A stretch of DNA of 64,000 nucleotides from Macrostomum lignano (lineage: Eukaryota): positions 272,038 through 336,037 of the forward strand of contig NIVC01001205.1 of NCBI GenBank assembly GCA_002269645.1, read 5' to 3'. The translations under genes were made by a program, and so were the position numbers. Below, piece after piece: positions 48,853-60,960 of the stretch (position 1 is the stretch's first letter; every line of letters begins with the position of its first letter). The notes below the pieces were generated by a model that saw nothing but the letters and a program-made list of their open reading frames with translations, searched no databases and was not told where the DNA came from.

Positions 48853-49043
48853 TTATCTGTCTGTCTGTGTGTCTGTCTGTCTGTCTGTCTGTCTGTCTTA
48901 GTGTCTGTATGTCCGTCTGTGTCTTAGTTTCTGTCTGTCTGTCTGTGTCTGCCTGTCTGTGTCTTAGTGTGTCTGTCTATCTGTCTGTCTGTCTGTGTCT
49001 TAGCGTCTGTCTGAGTGTCTTTCTATGTCTTAGTGTCTGTCTG

Positions 49044-49120
<77 letters not shown>
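48440..49120. repeat. (TGTC)n microsatellite with TGTCTTAG variants
   Basis: Direct observation. Confidence 0.95.
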
Positions 49121-49139
49121 GTTTGAATCTGAATCTCCG

Positions 49140-50220
49140 ATTTCTGTATATCCCTTACATCCCACAATTACTTTTAGAATGGACACCTGCTCTCAAGGCT
49201 GAATACCAGGCTCTTACACAGGACGAGAAAAACGCTCTTAGGCAGAGGGCTAAAGATCGTCCGAGTGATTTTAAAAGCAGCATTCTGGTCGACTTGAAAC
49301 GAGCTTAAAAATCTTTCTGCGTCGTTATTTCTCCATCCATACCAACAGATAAGCCCGAATGTTATGTTTCTGATAGAGTATCTTCCCGAGTTCAAGAGGA
49401 ATTAACTGCAGCGGTGAAACAGCTTTCTGATATCATCAAGAAAGGAGAGGAATATTATCGAGAAGAAAAAATCGCCTCTCAAGCCCGAATGGAAGCTACG
49501 ACAGAAGCATCAGTTCGAGCTGAAGCTACCGGACCTTCCAACGCTTTTCGTGATGTGAAGAAGCTGAGACTGTCAATCCAGGAGAAAGCAACGACTGCTT
49601 TCAAGAGAGCTGGAAACAGAGGCCCGATTCCATGGAAGCAAATGGAGAGTGACAAGCGAAACAAAACCAGATTTGCACGCGGAAGATTTTCTCTCGATTT
49701 CAAGTCACCCCATCATTTAAACAGGGCGGAATGTGTTCAGTTGGTTGAAAAGTTGGAAAATACGGATTTGGTATTTGTCAATTACCAACATTCTGACCTT
49801 ATTGGAAGTGCAGGGCATTCGAGCGCCGCTACACCTGCCACGGCCGCTGCAACTGCTACACCTGCCACGGCCGCTGCAACTGCTACACCTGCCACGGCCG
49901 CTGCAACTGCAACACCTGCCACGGCTACTGCAACACCAGCCACGAGTGCTGAAGTGAACATCCCGGCAGACAAACCTGATGAGTTTGATAACTACGAGCT
50001 TGGACCTGGAATCAGTGCTTATCGAGATTTTTTTCACATGGAAGACAGCAGTGCAACAGTGCAAGCGCAGCCGCAGGGAGCTGCTATTGTACTGACTAAC
50101 GCCTGCGTCTCAAGTGTTAACAGTAATCAAACAGGTATGTCTCATTCAGCTATAGAGACGAGAGCCAATCCGACTACTATCAGTTTATTTGGCCGCTCGG
50201 CTGCTTTTCGCTATAGTTAA
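49140..50220 (+). CDS. Unknown protein (about 350 codons, one internal stop), possibly a DNA-transposon accessory ORF, with an AT-rich peptide repeat (TPATAAATA)n
   Basis: Stop-free frame 49414-50220 plus an upstream in-frame segment ([21 protein letters not shown]-helix-like). Motif GPIPWKQM...[19 protein letters not shown]. Family is not established. Confidence 0.45.
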
Positions 50221-50559
50221 GCATGCATTTATTCGAATTAAGAGCCAAAAAACTGTCTGTTTTAAACTTAACTGATGTTATACTCAGTAAAGCAATCCTC
50301 AGTCTCTTTGCAAGACTGGCCGCTTTGCAGAAAATGCTGTGGCAGAAGATCTGGTTCACTGCTGTGACTTTGCCCACTTTGCAAATCAATTCTGTATACT
50401 TTGCTGGGGTAATTATTGTCACTTTGCATACATCCAGATCCCCACTCCTGCGTTGTGATGACCTCTGCGTGGTGCAGGAGAGGCAACAACCCTGTTCACA
50501 AAAACACGGTTGGCTAACAATCACAGTTAGTATATAGCTAGTTAAATCCCAGATCTCCC

Positions 50560-51780
50560 AGATTTCAGATCTCAGATTTCAGATCTCAGATTTCATATAT
50601 CAGATCTCAGATCCCAGATCTCAGATCCCAGTCTCAGATTTCAGATCCCAGATCCCGGATTCTAAACTTTTAAATATACAAAATACAACAGTCATTACCT
50701 ATATTGTGCATATATTCTTAATGTCTTGTTTTCTCATGAAAATACCTGTGTATTAGAACTCCCACGACTCCAACTCCCTCTTCTCTTCTCTGTCTCCTCT
50801 TTCTTTCTACTGACTCCCTCCTCTATCGTGTATCATCTCTCTCCCATCTCCCAATGCACCCCAGCTCTCACTTCTCTCCCATTTCTTTTCCCTATTCACC
50901 CTAAAGGTCACTTCTCTCCCATTTTTCCCTATTCACCCTGTCACCTCTTCCATTTCTCCCATATTTAGTATATAAAAATAAAAATTTCGAAAGGATTAAA
51001 ATTTTATATAATAGAATTTCTGTAATCATTTGCAGTAATGGCAAAAAAAATAGAAGAAGGGCCCCAAAAAGGGGCCCTGTTGACTGGGCCGCGGAGGTCG
51101 AGGCTGCGGCGGAGGCAGCTCCGGCGGCAGCTCCGGCGGCGGAGGCAGCTCTGGAGGCAGCTCCGGCGGCGGCTCCGGCGGAGGCAGCGCCTGCGGCGGC
51201 TCCGGCGGCTCCGGCGGAGGCAGCACCGGCGGCTCCGGCCGAGGCAGCACCGACGGCTCCGGCGGAGGCAGCTCCGGCGGCTCCGGCGGAGGCAGCACCG
51301 GCGGCCCCGGCGGAGGCGGCTGCCAGACGGCGGGCGGGCCGCCGCTGGGCCCGCGTCCGCAAGAGAGAAACATTAGTACGTGCATTTGCTGCCTAAATCA
51401 TTTCTATATATATCTTTGCTATCTAGATCTCAGATTCCAGATTTCAGGTTCCAGATCTCAGATTCCAGATCCCAGATCTCAGATCTTAAATCTCAGATTC
51501 CAGATCCCAGATCTCAGATCTTAGATCTTAGATTCCAGATCCCTGATCTCAGATTCTAGATCCCAGATCTCAGATCTTAAATCTCAGATTCTAGATCCCA
51601 GATCTCAGATCTTAAATCTCAGATTCTAGATCCCAGATCTCAGATCTTAAATCTCAGATCCCAGATCCCTGATCTCAGATTCTAGATCCCAGATCTCAGA
51701 TCTTAAATCTGATTCTAGATCCCAGATCTCAGATCTTAAATATCAGATTTTAGATCTCAGATCCCAGATTCCAGATTCAA
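50560..51780. repeat. 7-mer (CAGATCT/CAGATTC/CAGATCC) arrays at about 50560-50660 and 51420-51780 flanking a GC-rich (GGCGGAGGCAGCTCC) block at about 51080-51360
   Basis: Direct observation. Confidence 0.9.
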
Positions 51781-54027
51781 TTCAATTCAATTCAAGTTTG
51801 CTCCACGTATACAGCCATTGACTTCAAACTTTATACAATTCTTCAATGACTTATTATTTGTCGAAATATAAAGTCCAAACTCTGTACTTTTTGACACAAC
51901 TATTTGAACAACTATTTTGACACAATCGTATAAAGTTTCGAGTCTCGAAGTTAATTCTGAACGGCACTGTGTACTTTTAAAGTTAGTCTGCTTTTTGTCA
52001 GCGAGACAGCCACCCCAACCTCCGTCTCTCTCCTTCCTGGCCACTAGACAGATGTGTGAAAGGGGTTTAAAATTGAATAACTTTCAGCTGACACAAGTTT
52101 GCTCCACGTATACAGCGATTGACTTCAAACTTTATACAATTCTTTATTGACTCATTCTCTGTCTAAATATAAAGTCTCAACTTTGTACTTCAGTTAGAAC
52201 AAAAACTGTAGGCATGTGAAGTTTGTCTGCTTTTTGTTGTTTGTGCTACTGCACTCACTCATTCACCCAGACAAGGATCAGGTGATAGGGATAACTGTGA
52301 GGGAAAGTTGAAATAATTTTTTATAGCCTTCTCTGGTAACGTTAAGCCATGACAGTACAGTAAGGAATTCAACTACTGTCCTACTACGAGCTATCTGATT
52401 GCGACTTGAGAGTATTCTGTGCCCCCACAATGACAAACTGACCTTCCAAGCACTTGAACTGATGAGCCAGCAGATTTGTCTGTCTTGTGTGTCTGACCAT
52501 ACGCTCGTATATATTCTATATGTACTAATATACATTATAAATTCTAATTCTAAATTCTAGTATATTATATATAGTCGAATAGTTTTCCCATAAAAGTTTG
52601 AACGCTGACTTGCAAGCAGCCTACTAGGAGTTATCGTACATTGAGAGAGGGCCACCGTTCTACATTCCCACCTGAGCACGCGGGCCAATGAGAATTCTTC
52701 TTAGTGTCTGGCAAGCCACCCCTCCCTTATTAATGAGCCTCTCGCTTTTTGATTCTTAGACGGCCACCACCCACATGTCCTAAGTTAATTTGTGTATTTC
52801 CATCTCCACTGCAGTCTGCAGCAGTCTAACAACAAAGGAAATACGCAATTCTTAGGAGGAAATTTAAAATTCAAAGTACTCTAAGAGAAACCTAAAATTT
52901 CCATGGTGTGACTAATTTAGTACGGGTTGTATTGCATTGCATCGCCTTTTCATAAATCTTTCGCTTTTACAAACCATGCTGAATTCCCTCGATTTGCCAT
53001 CCACTGTTAAACTGCTGCAGAGTTTGCCAATACAGAGGACAGTGGTTAGAATTTCTCACTAAACTGTCATGGCTAAACGTAGCCTTTCCACGCGCGGGGT
53101 ACACAGAAGGCTATTAAAAAGTTATTCTAAAACACTGTACATTTGCTATGTACATTCAGCCCTATCGCCTGACCCTTCGTCTGGGCTGGGGGAATGAGTG
53201 AGTGAGTGGCAAAAACAACAGAAAAAGCAGACAAACTTCATATGCTTACAGTTTCTTTTTCGGTTGAGTTACAGAGTTGAAACTTCCTATTTCAACTTGA
53301 AATTAAAACTTAAATATTGAAACTAATCAATCAGCAGCCCTAAGAGGAATTTGTGTATCTCCAGCTCCATCACAGTCTGCGGCAGTGTAACAACCAAGGA
53401 AATATGCATTTTTAGGAGGCCATTTACATTTAAAAATTACCTTATGCGAATCTTAATGTTAAAATCTTCATGGCGTAACTAATTTAGTAGGATTACATAA
53501 TCATCCACTTTTCTCTTTCCCACCGTTTCTAGTGCTCCCAAAGCACACAAATTTTTCCTATACACAAGCAATATACTGAACACAGACCTTTAAATCCAGG
53601 AGGTTCACCCTGAGTATCTGAGTGACCTGCGAGACAACTAGGAAGAGTAGGCTACTAAAATTAGTATGAGGAGGACATGTGCACTATGGTTTCTAGACAT
53701 ACACTAGCACCATGTTTTAAGTGACGCAATTCATCATTATGGTTTCAAGATGGTGCGAAAAATGGTTTTTTTCACTCAACTCTGGTTTCTTTTCCAGATG
53801 GATCAGGATCAAGCGCCACCGCCGCCGGCGCCACCACCGCCGGCGCCACCGCCACCACCACCGGCGCCACCGCCACCACCGCCGCCGCTGCCTCAGCGCC
53901 GCCGCATTCGGCGCCGAATCCGGCGCCTCCGCAGCAGCGGCCTGCGGCTATAAAAACTTGTGTATCTCCAAATGTGTGCGCAAAACTGTCAAGTGTCAAA
54001 TTGCGCATTGCGCTGGGTGGGCTGGGC

Positions 54028-54373
54028 TATCTGATTGTGGGGAAAGTTTTCGGAATTTTTTAACATTTTTAAACAGATGTCCCTAAGGAATAAAGAATAA
54101 TACCAATTCACAAAAAATCACTATTTCACTATTTCAGACAGACAGGCTAGCAGGCAGACGGATGGACAGACAGACAGACAGGCCGAGAGACAGGCAGACA
54201 TACAGAAGGACAGACAGACATACAGAAGGACAGACAGGCAGACAGACCGATACAGACAGACATACAGAAGGACAGACAGACTGACAGGCAGGCGAACCGA
54301 TACAGACATACATACAGACACACAGAAGGACAGACAGACAGACAATTCCGAGAACTTTCCCTACAATCAGATA
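54028..54373. mobile_element. Small MITE with 30-bp inverted termini and an internal (CAGA)n tract; second copy at about 56955-57272
   Basis: TATCTGATTGTGGGGAAAGTTTTCGGAATT (54028-54057) against AATTCCGAGAACTTTCCCTACAATCAGATA (54344-54373), 28/30 inverted match. The outer TA may be a TSD. Confidence 0.75.
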
Positions 54374-54891
54374 TGAACCCTCGGGGCGAAATGGTTTGAA
54401 GTGCGTAGATTTGTTTTGTTTGTTGTTTTGTTTTGCTTTAAATAAAATGGTTCGCCCCGAGGGTTCTTACCCAGCCCCCTTTTTGGATTAAAAATCTTTG
54501 CCTTCAATTTCTTCCTTATTTATTGATCATACCATAGTATAAGCTTGGCAAGTTGTAATCAGTAAAAAAGCATTGCACACTGTTACGATTTACATTAAAA
54601 AAATATTACTTAGGACTGCTGTTCAATGCAACCAATTAAGTTCAATTCCAGCCCCCCAGCAGCCTTGGTTTGGCCACTCGGCTACGTTCTGATACTTGGC
54701 GGCACTGCATCCTACCATCCTACGAGTTATTGCATCCTACTACAACAGATAAGTACATTCCATCCACAATTGACTCGTTCGTCTTAAGCAAATACCCTCC
54801 AGAATCCACCCTGGGTCTTTACCCTCCAGAATCTTCAGCAATATGTAACGAAGACAAAACTAACCAGTTAAAAACATTTTGCACTCTCACT

Positions 54892-55054
54892 CAGATTCTG
54901 CCCGATCGCTACGAGGGCTTCGAGCGCGCTCTGCCGTTGCCGGAGCTCTGGGCTGCCGGCTTTTTAATCTAGCCGGACCTGGGGCCCAGGATATTCAACG
55001 CCTATGGCCTGGCCGCTGCGATGCCATAGGGGCACCACAAATCTGCACCTGGAT
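54892..55054 (+). pseudogene. JmjC histone demethylase fragment, KDM3/JMJD1 family
   Basis: QILPDRYEGFERALPLPE...GFL(N)L...PDLGPRIFNAYG and, after a frameshift, GTTNLHLD (55031-55054). These match the KDM3 signature LPLPEY..G.LNLAS..PDLGPKMYNAYG..GTTNLHLD. Confidence 0.85.
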
Positions 55055-55749
55055 ACCTGGATACTTTTGTCACCATAGCAAAACGAGTTGAAAGTGAGAA
55101 GCATATGAATGCTTATTTAAAACCAGTTTAATTATTGGTTTAGTAACTTTAGTTCAGTGAAAACAGAATTAACTGACTAACATTGACAATTTTAATATCT
55201 TCGCTATAGCTACCATAAAGCTCTCTAGTCATGCTACGCTATAAATTTACACTGAATGTTGACTGTTTACATACGTTACCAATTAATGAGCAATTAACTG
55301 ATATCCACAGTCACTTATTACTCTGTATCCATGACAATACCTGTAAACTATTTTTTACTACTTAAATCCATCACAATAGTAATCAATATTTTATTGCCTA
55401 ATAACTGAGATATCTTTTAATTCCATAATGTCAAATCCTATTTTACAATTCAATACATATCAGTTTTCAAATATCAATTCTCTACTTTTATTCGATCTAT
55501 TTTGTACTGTACTTCGATTTATTTATATTGATGTACTGCTTTATTACTCGCACACCATTATATACAAACTGTAACCAATACTGTAAAAATATTTGAAATA
55601 CAATAATACATAGTGGCGTAAGAGCCGGCCAAGCTGAAGCGCCGGGCATCCTATATATCCTAAAAATGAGTTGTCTGTATCTTATTTAATAAAAATGAGT
55701 TGCCTGTCGGTATTCTTTTCTAAGGCCCAAATACCAGTGCTTACTTTTA

Positions 55750-55862
55750 GTGCTAAAATGAGTGCCTGTGGAGCTAAAAGGAGTGCCTGCGGCGCTAAAA
55801 TGAGTGCCTGTGGTGCTAAAATGAGTTCCTGCGGTGCTAAAATGAGTGCCTGCGGCGCTAAA
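55750..55862. repeat. Short inverted-orientation array of the same 21-bp unit as the intron-12 MITE (GCTAAAATGAGTGCCTGCGGC)n
   Basis: Reverse complement of GCCGCAGGCACTCATTTTAGC. Confidence 0.9.
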
Positions 55863-58800
55863 ACTGATTTTGTTGCATTCGGGAATACAACAAATGGCAT
55901 ACTGAAAACATTAAAAAACCTTGCTGCAGTCACTTACATGTACTTACCTAACGATTGCTGTAGTAACTGTATACCACCTGTATACTGGGACAGAAGTTCA
56001 GAACATACCGGATTGGGGAATTAGAGATATGCGCAGTCTAGATGTATCTACAATTTGTAAAACCTTGCTACGTACTTGTACTTCAGGAATACTAACTTAC
56101 TCATTCCTTGCCGCCGTTATTTAGACTAGCATGCCTTTGCAATAAACAACACAGTCTAGACGGACTTCAGAAAGTGCATAAATACTTAAATTGGTTTTCC
56201 GTTAAACTTGCTGCCTGTATAGTTCTTGGCTTGCCAACCTGCTAATTAAAAACTAATTGGCAAAGTTATATACGTTCAGAATCGTGTTTTATGCGCATAG
56301 CGCAAACTGTCTAAGAAGAATAATTTATTCTTTTTTCTCTTTAGACTGTTATTTTTGGCTGCTAAGAAATTATTTTACCTCGCGTACTTCAGCCGCACTA
56401 CTAAGTAGTGCAAAAAGGATATGAAAGGTAGAATCGTGTTTTATGCGCATAGCGAATGACTTTGCGACTGTCAATACACATTACTGGACTGGTCACCAGA
56501 GGAAATTTGCTATAGCAAATTAATCTATGCAACAAACACACTGCGCGAGAACACACTGCCCTTCCATGGGGGCGCTGTATTTGGGAGTGCTGTCTTTGGG
56601 TGGCGCTTGATCTCGCCACACTGATCCATTGGCACTGGAGTTATCGCAGCAACTCTTAACAAAAGAACTCAGGTTGAAAGAGATCTTCCAGAGTGGATCG
56701 CGAATCAGATATATTTGCTACTTTTCCTCTGCAGTGCTTGAGGGAGGGAATACCCGAAAGCAACAGTTTTCAAGATGGTGCGAAAAATGGTCCTTTTCAC
56801 TCAACTCTGGTTTCTTTTCCAGATGGATCAAGCGCCCCCGTCACCGCCGCGCCGCCGCCGACACCAGCGGCCTGCGGCTGTGACAAATTGCGCTGGGTGG
56901 GCGCCTCCGCAGCAGCGGCCTGCGGCTGTGACAAATTGCGCTGGGTGGGCTGGGCTATCTGATTGTGGGGAAAGTTTTCGGAATTTTTTAACATTTTTAA
57001 ACAGATGTCCCTAAGGTAAGAATAATACCAATTCACAAAAAATCACTATTTCACTATTTCAGACAGACAGGCTAGCAGGCAGACGGATGGACAGACAGAC
57101 AGACAGGCCGAGAGACAGGCAGACATACAGAAGGACAGACAGGCAGACAGACCGATACAGACAGACATACAGAAGGACAGACAGACTGACAGGCAGGCAG
57201 ACCGATACAGACATACATACAGACATACAGAAGGACAGACAATTCCGAGAACTTTCCCTACAATCAGATATGAACCCTCGGGCGAAATGGTTTGCTGTGA
57301 ATTATATTTTTTGTTGTAAATAAAATGGTTCGCCTTAAGGGTTCTGCCCAGCCCACTTTTTAAATTGAAAATCTTGGCTTTAATTTCTTCCTTATTTATT
57401 GATCATACCATAGTATAAGCTTGGCAGGTTGTAATCAGTAAAAAGCATTGCACACTGTTCCGATTTACATTTAAAAAAATATTACTTAGGACTGCTGTTC
57501 AATGCAACCAATTAAGTTTAATTCCAGCACCCCAGCAGCCTGGCTTATTATAGCGTATTCATTCATATAAATACAATCCGTAAAGATTTAAACTGAATAT
57601 ATTTTAACTTTTATACATGGAACTAAAGGAAGTCAAGTCGATGTGTGAATTTACTCTCTTAGTCGACAGCTATGCCCCAGTCATTTGTTTAAAGTCGTAA
57701 AACAAGTAACTATAGAACTTTGTGTTCGATCGTGGGTCTAATGCAAAGTGAAAGGACATTCAGTCACCTATTATAGCAAAAAATTGTCTGGGCAAGCATA
57801 CGTATTGGGGTGGGTGTTTAAATTTCGGACTAATTTGGGGGTTTCGGCCCAAAACCAACCCCCCCCCAATCTTTGGTCTTTTCTCCGCCACGGCGTATCA
57901 CATTTTATTCTAGTATTATACATGTACTTAATAGAGCTATAAAGTTAATAGCCGAAATCCCACCTTAAGCAAATGACTATCGTCTCTACTCTCCTCTCCT
58001 CTCCCCTCTCCTCACCGCTCTCTTCTCCTTTTTCCTCTATTCTCTTCTCCCTTCCCTCCTCTCTCCTTTCCTCTCCTCTCTTATTCCGTCTCTCCTCTCG
58101 TCATCCATCTCTCTTCTTCTCTCTTCTTCTTTATTCCTTCGCCTCTCCTACGCTCGTAGTTCTCCTCTCTATTCCCTATCCTCTCTCTTCGGTCTTCGGT
58201 CTGCAGTTGGCAGAGATCGCGGCCAGCTGGCTGTCCGAGCAAGACATTGCTTTGAATGCGGTCTAGCGAGGCCTCAGCAGCTCTAAACGCCCCTGCTGGC
58301 CGAAAAGGCAAGGCCTGTGCAGAGTCGAAGGTCATCCTCTTTGCCTGGTTTCGGCCTTATGCCCTACAGCGATAGTGATGATGACCCTGACAACACGCAG
58401 TTTGACGTTTTGGGAGTATTAGAGGACGTCCAATTTTCGGATGTACCTCAGCCGCCCCCGCCACCTGCAACGTCTGCAGCAGCATCAGCCAATGTGCCGA
58501 ACCCGCCAGCGCCACCTCCGACAGCGGCTGCAGCAGCACTAGCTGCTGGTAGGACTCGGCCACAGTTTGAATTATGACCCGACCCTGAGCAAATTAGCTG
58601 CGAGGAACTCGCTTTCATTCAGGAAAGCTTTCCTGTCAAAGAAAAGGGCCGCAAGATGACTGCGACGGCTGACACAACGTTTGGTTTGCTTCTGCCTTAA
58701 TGCCTGTACTTGTATTCGCCTCAGCCTCGCGCCTGATGAGTGCTCAACCGGGCTGGCAGAGCGCACAAAGGCTCATCATACGCTGGCAGCCGCAGCAGCC

Positions 58801-60798
58801 CTTCATCCGTTCCGCTTGTTACCGGTGGCCATGGTACCGTTGGCAGCGGGGCGCTATGTACCGATATATTATACTTGGTGCCCCCTGCCATAATCTGTAG
58901 AACTTTTGTCACTAGTTTTTACAGATCCTATATACTAAAAATTATATATCTAAATCCGGTCTGACAATGTCTGTAACAATAAAATTTGTTTTTTTATGTA
59001 TGCACTTAATGCATTGATGACATGCTAAGCTAAATATTTAGTTGCTAAGCAATAGCTGAAGTTAGATTTAGTCAAAATGTAGAACTAAATAAAATAGTAA
59101 TAAAATATTCTGTTAAAAGAAGACAGCAGCGCGCAATCCTGGAATTAAACGACTTCGAATGAAAAGAAACTAACCCTATCTTCTTCAAACATTGAAAATT
59201 GAAATATCTGTAATTGGCTAATACATTTCGCATTTGCATTGCAGAATCAACATTTTCATTTTATTGTTTGTATTATTGATATCTGCTTCATTTTCTTTTG
59301 CATATATTATTTCTCAAGTTTGTCATTCCTCAAGTATCGCCTATTTTATTTGTAGTCTGTAGCTGTTGCCTATTTATAATATTTAAGGAATTTTATTGCT
59401 ACCGATATAGTCTAAATTTTTCTTTAACTCTTGCCTTGTTGCCTTGTTTTGTTTCAAAACAGAAAAGCAAAAGTTGTTCAGGTTTAAATCTTATTTACTT
59501 CATAACACTTTACTACTTCATAAAACTTTAAACAATTATTAAGGAGTATGCCGCCGAAAAGACCTGGAAGGAAGGCTAGGCGCGTTACCTTCGGGCGTCC
59601 ATTCGAGTCTAAAAAGAAGCCCGCCGCCGCTATTGATTGCAAGACAGGCATACCTTCTGCTGCTGCTGCTCCTGAGGCCGAAACAAACACTCCTGCTGTC
59701 GCTACTGTTGCGTCGGAAGTTACGAGTTTCATGTTGCTGCTGCTGCTGATGCATCTCTCTTAAAGGAGATGCGACTGTGGACTGCGAATTGCGCAATGCT
59801 GCTGCTGCTTAGGGGAGTGTGAATTCTGGAACGACACTCGTGGTAAGTGTTACTTCTTGCAATTGCCAATTTTACGGACAAATAGGTTGTAAAGGAACTA
59901 ATTTAATTGTACGCCAATTGTACGAATAGTTGGATTCATAAAACGACTATTTCATAAAACTTTATTTTATTTCATAAGATTTCATAACATAACATGGATT
60001 CATAACATGGATGATAAAGTTTAGAACGCTATTGCAATCTATATGCTTGAATTATAAGCTAATAACTTAGTATACTCGCCGTAATGTGCTTTAGAGTGCC
60101 AATTCTTGTTGTCGTGTCTACTACGGATGAACTAACAAGACAAAAAGCTGAATTGGACTAAGCTGCTGCACTTAAAGCAGGTTTTTGCCACACTGACGGT
60201 AAGCCATGCCTTAGTTTACTGTCTATTATGGGTGTAAAGCTTTTTAAATCAAGATTAAAAGCTGATATTAGAATCTACAAGTGACACAACTGTTATTCAA
60301 GAATTTCTGGGATGTTTGGCCATATCTTAGATTTCTCAATAGAACATTCCACAACTGTTACTTTGTATTTCGTCAATGCAGTATTGTGATGTCCTTTATT
60401 TGGTTCGACTGACGTTTTTTACAGTCTAGGTTCAAGACTTAGGGGAGGAGCAATCTTGAAAGGTCATGGTTCGAGCAAGGAATATTCTTTCACCAATATT
60501 TAAAGCGCCATTTTTAAACCAATCTCGTTGGAGGACTTTTTGCTGGTTGGGTGGGTTTTTTATGGAAAATTAAGATTAGTAGTTTCAGTTTTGAAAGTGA
60601 GGTTTTCGGTAGTCACTTAAGTCACTGCAGATATAAGTTTTTTGAGGGTTGTAAAGCACTAGCACTATAGTGCTGTAAAGGCAGACCAAGGCAAGCTGAT
60701 CCAATTCTTGAATACAAAAAGTATATGTATTTTAACCTTTAAAGGTAAATGACACAGAGGACCGAGCGACGGTCCAAGTTGGCCGTGCCCCACAATGG

Positions 60799-60960
60799 GT
60801 GCCTTTGTCTGCCTGCTGGTTGAAGCGTATCCCAGGTGATGGAAACTGCTTCTTTTCGGCTATGGCGGATCAATTGCAAGGCACAGCTTCGGAAATGAAC
60901 TCAGACAGTCTTCGACAAGCGCTGGCAATTCAGCTGGATTTTGCTAAAACCCCATGGACC
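60799..60960 (+). pseudogene. OTU-like cysteine protease (deubiquitinase) fragment, probably TE-borne
   Basis: LKRIPGDGNCFFSAMADQLQG...DSLRQALA matches the OTU catalytic motif (I/V)PGDGNC(L/F)F.A.A.QL. The His box was not found. Confidence 0.75.

Larger units (their letters stand above)
53740..57543 (+). repeat. Direct duplication of about 0.8-0.9 kb (53740-54668 and 56765-57543)
   Basis: Collinear shared sequence from TTTCAAGATGGTGCG through the MITE to CAGCAGCCTTGG. Confidence 0.9.

Noticed and set aside
48867-49202. Hydrophobic CLSV-repeat ORFs suggesting membrane proteins (also 54121-54345, 57973-58266, 61551-61784)
   Set aside because: They are translations of (TGTC)n, (CT)n or (GCT)n simple repeats.
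58733-58775. Hammerhead-ribozyme-like core CTGATGAG with a 6-bp stem
   Set aside because: The stem is followed by ACAAA rather than GAAA and no stems I/III are evident. Similar partial cores at 15911 and 52458 also fail.
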